A stretch of 64,000 bases of DNA from contig NC_052171.1 in assembly GCF_902713615.1 (NCBI RefSeq), positions 19,379,952 to 19,443,951 of the forward strand, written 5' to 3'. The notes below the pieces were generated by a model. That model had not been told where the DNA came from. It searched no databases and saw only the letters and a program-made list of their open reading frames with translations. Source of the DNA: Scyliorhinus canicula. Its lineage: Eukaryota. Shown piece after piece: positions 57,935 through 64,000 of the stretch. Made by a program: the position numbers and the translations under genes. Position 1 is the stretch's first letter. Each line of letters starts with the position of its first letter.

Positions 57935-58495
57935 ACCCTGAGGCTGCATCAGGCTCTGGCCAGGCCCCATTTGGAGTATTGGGAGCAGTTTTGGGCCCCG
58001 TATCTAAGGAAGGATGTGCTGGCCTGGGAAAGGGTCCAGAGGAGTTTCACAAGAATCATCCCTGGAATGAAGAGCTTGTCGTATGAGGGACGGTTGATGA
58101 CTCTCATTGGGGTTTAGAAGGATGAGGGGGGATCTTATTGAAACTTACAGGATACTGCGAGGCCTGGATAGAGTGGACGTGGAGAGGATGTTTCCACTTG
58201 TAGGAAAGACTGGAAGCAGAGAATACAATCTCAGCCTTTAAAACAGAGATGAGGAGGAATTTCCTCAGCCAGAGGCTGGTGATTCTGTGGAACTCTTTGC
58301 CGCAGAAGGCTGTGGAGGTCAATTCACTGAGTGTCTTTGAGACAGAGATGGATAGGTTCTTGATTAATAAGGGGATCAGGGGTTATGGGGAAAGGCAGAA
58401 AAATGGGGATGAGAAAATGTCAGCCATGATTGAATGGCGGAACAGACTCGATGGGCTGAGTGGCCTAATTCTGCTGCTATATCTTATAGTCTGAT
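57935..58495 (+). mobile_element. CR1 LINE 3' end
   Basis: RPHLEY..QFWAP and RRNFLSQR motifs plus the 3' UTR. Confidence 0.85.
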
Positions 58496-59391
58496 GGCCC
58501 TTCAAATCCTTCTGCAAAATCCCAAGTCTGCCAACAACACTTCGTCCAATTACCACACCGCACACGAAACTGGGCCCACCTCAATGTCAGATCTACCAGA
58601 TGTGGAGCGGGGTCCAAGATAACGATCGTGGAGTATTCTGCTTTCCTCACCCCAGGCAGAAGAGATCTCCACGCCATGAAGAAGACGGTGAATGTTGGTT
58701 TTTAAAACTATTCTCTGTGTCATTAAGGGACAGCAGCATTGTTATTGGTGTTTAAGACAATCAGCAGAGCAAGGGTTGGTGATCCAAGGTATGACGTGGA
58801 GAGTTACATGGCAGCAGACTGTGGAGACAGCAACAGTACTGTCCGTACCTGGGATCTGTGTATGGTTCGGGATTAACTATAAATGGTTTATGTTTAAACC
58901 TTCACATCTCCAAAGGAAGGAACACATAGGGACAACATGTCCAGATACAGCGTGATTGCTTCCCATCAATTTCTCCTCCGGCCGACTTGGCTTCAATTCC
59001 TTTCCCTCTCTTTGTCCTCTCCGTGTGGTTCTGGATTCTGATCAGTGAATCATTCTTTATCCTTGAAGGCTTTCAGCACTCAACCTCCCAAAGACCAATG
59101 GGTCGCCTATCCACATGGACAAACTCAGACATTCTCACACCCACTCTCTCTGCAATGTGCCCTCACACACACACTCTCTCTCTCTCTCTGTCACACTCTT
59201 TTATATTCTCAATTCGACTCTCTTGTCTGCACACTGGCACACACACAAACATTTCTTGTTGAAATAATGGACGAGATTTGAGAATTGAACCACTGTGAGA
59301 TATCTTTACTGTGATATACATGTTTGATGGAGAAAGAGAGCTCCCCCATTCTCCCTTTGTACTTTGATCTGCCGTGATTATGATGCTTTTC

Positions 59392-59521
59392 TTATTTCCC
59401 AACACTGTGATGCACCCCACATTCGATGGAAGAATCATTCCTCAGATGGACTCTGTAGCGACAGCTCTGACGGTCAAAGAATGCGATACAGTCATCTGAG
59501 TAACCAGATGGTATGCCGTAC
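59392..59521 (-). CDS. msmb: MSMB-like gene C exon 4
   Basis: Same translation as gene B exon 4. Confidence 0.92.
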
Positions 59522-62500
59522 CTGCCGACACAGAGGAATAAGGCATCAGAAATACCCCGGAGGTAATGACCACAGTTCCCCTGTACAGTTTCACTGGACA
59601 ATTTCACCAGCGACTCCGATCAAGTGAACAACCAGAATTGAGAAAATTCCTTCTTTACCCACAATGCACCAGCTGCACCCTGAGAAGCCAATTACAGATG
59701 GGCAAAAGCAGAGAAGGGATTTATCATGGGGCACCTCCACCTTTACTCCATGTTCACTCTTTCTCCATCTCCACCCTCTCTCCATCTCCACCTTCTCTCC
59801 ATCTCCACCTTCTCTCCATCTCCACCATCTCTCCATCTCCACCCTCTCTCCATCTCCACCCTCCCTCCATCTCCACCCTCCCTCCCTCCATCGCCACCCT
59901 CCCTCCGTCTCCACCCCCCCTCCATCTCCACCCTCTCCACCCTCCCTCCATCTCCACCCTCCATCTCCACCCTCCCTCCATCTCCCTCCCTCTATCCCCA
60001 CCCTCTCTCCATCTCAACTGTCTCTCCATCTCCACCCTCCCTCCATCTCCACTCTCCCTCCATCTCCACCCTCCCTCCATCTCCACCCTCCCTCCATCTC
60101 CACCCTCCCTCCCTCCATCTCCACCCTCCCTCCATCTCCCTCCCTCCATCTCCCTCCCTCCATCCCCACCTTCTCTCCATCCCCACCTTCTCTCCATCCC
60201 CACCTTCTCTCCATCTCCACCCTCTCTCCATCTCCACCCTCCCTCCATCTCCACACTCCCTCCATCCCCACCCTCCCTCCACCTCCACCCTCCCCGTCTC
60301 CACCATCCATCTCCACCCTCCCTCCATCCCCACCCTCCCTCCATCCCCACCCTCCCTCCATCTCCACCCTCCCTCCATCTCCACCCTCCCTCCATCTCCA
60401 CTCCCTCCATCTCCCTCCCTCTATCCCCACCCTCTTTCCATCTCAACTCTCTCTCCATCTCCACCCTCCCTCCATCCCCACTATCCCTCCATCACCCTCT
60501 CTCCATCTCCACCTTCTCTCCATCTCCACCCTCCCTCTGTCTCCACCCTCTCTCCCTCCATCTCCACCCTCCCTCCATTTCCACCCTCCCTCCACCTCCC
60601 TCCCTCCATCCCCACCTTTTCTCCATCCCCACCTTCTCTCCATCCCCACCTTCTCTCCATCTCCACCCTCCCTCCATCTCCACCCTCCCTCCATCTCCAC
60701 CCTCTCTCCATCTCCACCTTCTCTCCATCTCCACCCACTCCCTCCGTCTCCACCCTCTTGCCACCCTCTCTCCCTCCATCTCCACCCTCCCACCCTCTCT
60801 TCATCCCTTCATCTGTTCATTCTCTACACTTTCTTCATCTATTCACTCTCATCATCTACCCTCCCTTTCCATCTACACTCCCTCTTCATCGGCACTCACT
60901 CTCGTGATCTCCACCATCTCTTCCTCCACATCCTCTGTAGTTCCACGCCCTCTTTTTTAAAATATAAATTTAGAGTACCCACTTAATTTTTTCCAATTAA
61001 GGGGCAATTTAGCGTGGCCAATCCACCTAGCCTGCACATCTTTTGGGTTGTGGGGGTGAAACCCACGCAAACACGGGGAGAATGTGTAAACTCCACACGG
61101 ACAGTGACCCAGAGCCAGGCTCGAACCCGGGTCCTCGGCGCAGTGAGGCTGCAGGGCTAACCCACTGAGCCACCGTGCTGCCCGACACTCTAAGATTCAT
61201 CAGTCCCAAACACGTATGTCATGGTAACTGACCATGGACATTTATTGGAAATCCTTCCAATTCTTTGGAAATGGGAATAAAGTGTTTTAATAAGAAAGGG
61301 GATGTAGTCTTCTGTCTTCGCGAGCTAACAGAATGACATCACCAGAGGGAGTGTGCCTAACGTGACCCAGTCTTGGTTTGCCTTTTGCCTGTGAGCAGAG
61401 CTCTGACCCCTTCATTCATAATAAATGCTCTCATGTTCCGGGTCTCGATGTGTGGACCCTCAACGTGGGAACGCAATCCCTTCTGTGGGATTTCTTTCTG
61501 CGATGAGATCAGCACGACAGGACTGACCTCCAGGTTTGGCTGTTATATCAAACCCACTTTGTGCTTTCATAAGAAGGATCAAGACAGGGTAGCATGGTGG
61601 TTAGCATAAATGCTTCACAGCTCCAGGGTCCCAGGTTCAGTTCCCGGCTGGGTCACTGTCTGTGCGGAGTCTGCACGTCCTCCCCGTGTGTGCGTGGGTT
61701 TCCTCCGGGTGCTCCGGTTTCCTCCCACAGTCCAAAGATGTGTGGGTTAGGTGGATTGGCCATGCTAAATTGCCCGTAGTGTCCTAAAAAGTAAGGTTAA
61801 GGGGGGGATTGTTGGGTTACGGGTATAGGGTGGATACGTGGGTTTGAGTAGGGTGATCATTGCTCGGCACAACATCGAGGGCCGAAGGGCCTGTTCTGTG
61901 CTGTACTGTTCTATTCTATTCTATCACACAACGGACTGACTCCAGGTGGAGTAGCAGAGAATCACTTACATTGTGCAGCATGACATTGATTCAGCGGAGC
62001 ACTCACACGTCATGCAGTCAGTGTTTCTCCAGGTTTCACCAAGCTCATGCCAGGTGCCATCAACGTCATCTTTACATTTTCTTGTTACTGGAGCGAGAGT
62101 GAGTGAGCGAGAGAGAAAGAGGGAGAGAGAGAGGTTAGTCTGTCACTGTCACATCAAAGTCTGAAGAAGTATAATGAGGTAACTTTAACCTTTGTGCTTT
62201 GGAAGGATTGCCTGGGCAACTGGCTCAGTTTAATGTCCATCACCGGTCTCTCTGGACCAGGGACGAGCCAGGTTCCTTTTCCAAGAGGATCTGTCCCTGA
62301 GAGTTTGACAGGGTGAATCTCGGAACGCTAAGGCTGCCAGGTCACTCATTCCTGGCTGGCCCTTCTTGGATGGGCGTGGGTTAAAGGTCAGGAGCCCAAT
62401 GTGCTGGAGGGGTGTTTCCGTGGTTACCACAATGAGCCCTCGGCCTGTCTGCAGGCCGCGCCCTCGCTTGTATTCGACAGCCAAGCTGAGGCGATGGAGC

Positions 62501-62782
62501 AGGAGCTCGCGAGTTGGGCAAGGCGGAATATTGGCCCACTCCTTCCTGAATCCTCGGGGAAGAGGAGAGCGTGAAAGTCAATCCCATGTGGCTTGAAGCA
62601 TTTATGTCGATGCTTACCTCGCAACCCCACACCCCCATCCCCACACCCCCATCCCAGATAGAGGTTGAGATTGGAAAGGTTCAATTCTTACTTTCATTTG
62701 GGACTTGCTGAGGAGAAACGTAGCAGGATGATTCTGCATCGTCTACAGCCAGGAGCAGGAGAGCAACGCACACCAAGGACTT
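59392..62782 (-). CDS. msmb: Beta-microseminoprotein-like gene C, partial, join(62692-62782,61970-62087,59392-59521); exon 1 expected beyond the window
   Basis: Protein identical to gene B except DCMRC->DCMTC; one synonymous change in exon 2; splice sites intact. Confidence 0.93.
59759..60808. repeat. 17-bp minisatellite in intron 3 of gene C
   Basis: Near-identical to 44471-45520. Confidence 0.95.
60953..61183 (-). mobile_element. tRNA-derived V-SINE, short subfamily
   Basis: Duplicate of 45665-45895. Confidence 0.8.
61585..61923 (+). mobile_element. HE1/V-SINE-type SINE
   Basis: Duplicate of 46297-46636. Confidence 0.9.
61970..62087 (-). CDS. msmb: MSMB-like gene C exon 3
   Basis: 118 nt with AG/GT boundaries. 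Confidence 0.94.
62692..62782 (-). CDS. msmb: MSMB-like gene C exon 2
   Basis: 91 nt with AG/GT boundaries. Confidence 0.92.
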
Positions 62783-62915
62783 CTGTCGAATTGGTGTCAG
62801 GTGGGAGGTGAGCGAATAAGTGTAGAACATGTTGAGGAATTCAGTCTGGTCAATCATGTCATGGTCAGATGTGAAAGATTAAAAAAAAATATATGTTAAT
62901 CAGCTGAACCACTCC

Positions 62916-64000
62916 TCAGAGTATCAATGCACTTACCCAGCAATAACCTGCTCACGGACACTCAGTTTGGGTTCCGTCAGGGTCACTCAGCTCCTGACCT
63001 CATTGCAGCCTTGGTTCAAACATGGACAAAAGAGCTGAATGCCAGGGGTGAGGTGAGTGACTGCCCTTTGACATCAAGGCAGCATTTGACCGAGTGTGGC
63101 ATCAAGGAGCCCGAGCTAAACTGGAGTCAATGGGAATCCGGGGGGAAAACTCTCCACTGGTTGGAGTCATTCCTGGCACAAGGGAAGATGGGTGTGGTGG
63201 ATGGAGGTCAATCATCTCAGCTCCAGGACATCACTGCAGGAGTTCCTCAGGGTCGTGTCTTCGGCCCAACCATCTTCAGCTGCTTCATCAATGACCTGCC
63301 TTCCATCATGAGGTCAGAAGTGGGGGTGTTTGCAGACAATAATGGAGCAGTCCATGTCCAAATGCAGCAAGACCTGGACAATATCCAGGCTTGGGTTGAC
63401 AAGTGGCAAGTTACATTCGCACCACACAAGTGCCAGGCGATGACCCCCCCCCCCCCCCCCCCCCTCCCCACCTCTCCAAAGCCTGCCCACCATCTACAAG
63501 GCACAAGTCAGGAGTGTGATGGAATACTCTCCACTTACCTGGATGAGCGCAGCTCCAACAACACTCAAGAAGCTCGACACCATCCAGGACAAAGCAGCCC
63601 CGCTTGATTGCTCCCCCTTCCACAAACATTCAAACCCTCCACCACCGACGCACAGTGGCAGCCGTGTGTACCATCTACAAGATGCACTGCAGCAACTCAC
63701 TGAGGTTCCTGAGGTAGCACCTTCCAAACCCACGGCCACTACCATCTAGAAGGACAAGAGCAGCAGATACCTGGGAACCCCACAACCTGGACGTTCCCCT
63801 CCAAGTCACTCACCATCCTGACTGGGAAATATATCGGCCGTTCCTTCACTGTCGCTGGGTCAACATCCTGGAACTCCCTCCCTAACAGCACAGTGGGTGT
63901 ACCTACACCACAAGGACTGCAGCGGTTTAAGAAGGCAGCTCACCACCACCTTCTGAAGGGCAACTAGGGATGGGCAATAAATGCCGACCCAGCCAGCGAC
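62916..64000 (+). mobile_element. CR1/L2-group LINE, duplicate of 47628-48925 with an extra internal deletion
   Basis: Same RT motifs and shared frameshifts. Confidence 0.85.

Larger units (their letters stand above)
58572..64000. repeat. Segmental duplication copy 2
   Basis: Matches 43284-48900. Confidence 0.95.

Overview
Vertebrate genomic DNA, most likely from a cartilaginous fish (inferred from dense HE1/V-SINE-type SINEs with CR1 tails). Two main systems are present. (1) A head-to-tail, minus-strand tandem array of beta-microseminoprotein-like (MSMB/PSP94 family) genes that the ORF track misses because the exons are tiny. Gene A (29579->16562, 109 aa, 12 mature Cys) and gene B (51188->44104, 113 aa, canonical 10 Cys, with a second promoter/exon 1 at ~52.9 kb) are complete. 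Gene C (exons 2-4, 62782->59392) is a recent near-identical duplicate of B. Two broken remnants lie at ~5.3 kb and ~6.5 kb. Mature-protein exons of A and B are far more diverged than their introns and promoters. (2) A very young, apparently intact 9.8-kb retrovirus-like LTR element (32633-42444, minus strand). It has near-identical 949-bp LTRs, a GTAT target-site duplication, Gag and Pol joined in frame through a UGA-CGG stop followed by a stem-loop, a tether plus a retrovirus-type RNase H, and a 117-aa type-I membrane ORF where env would normally be. The rest is SINEs, CR1/L1/Tx1 LINE fragments, Gypsy relics, solo LTRs and an intronic 17-bp minisatellite. All alignments and counts were done by eye, so repeat boundaries are approximate.
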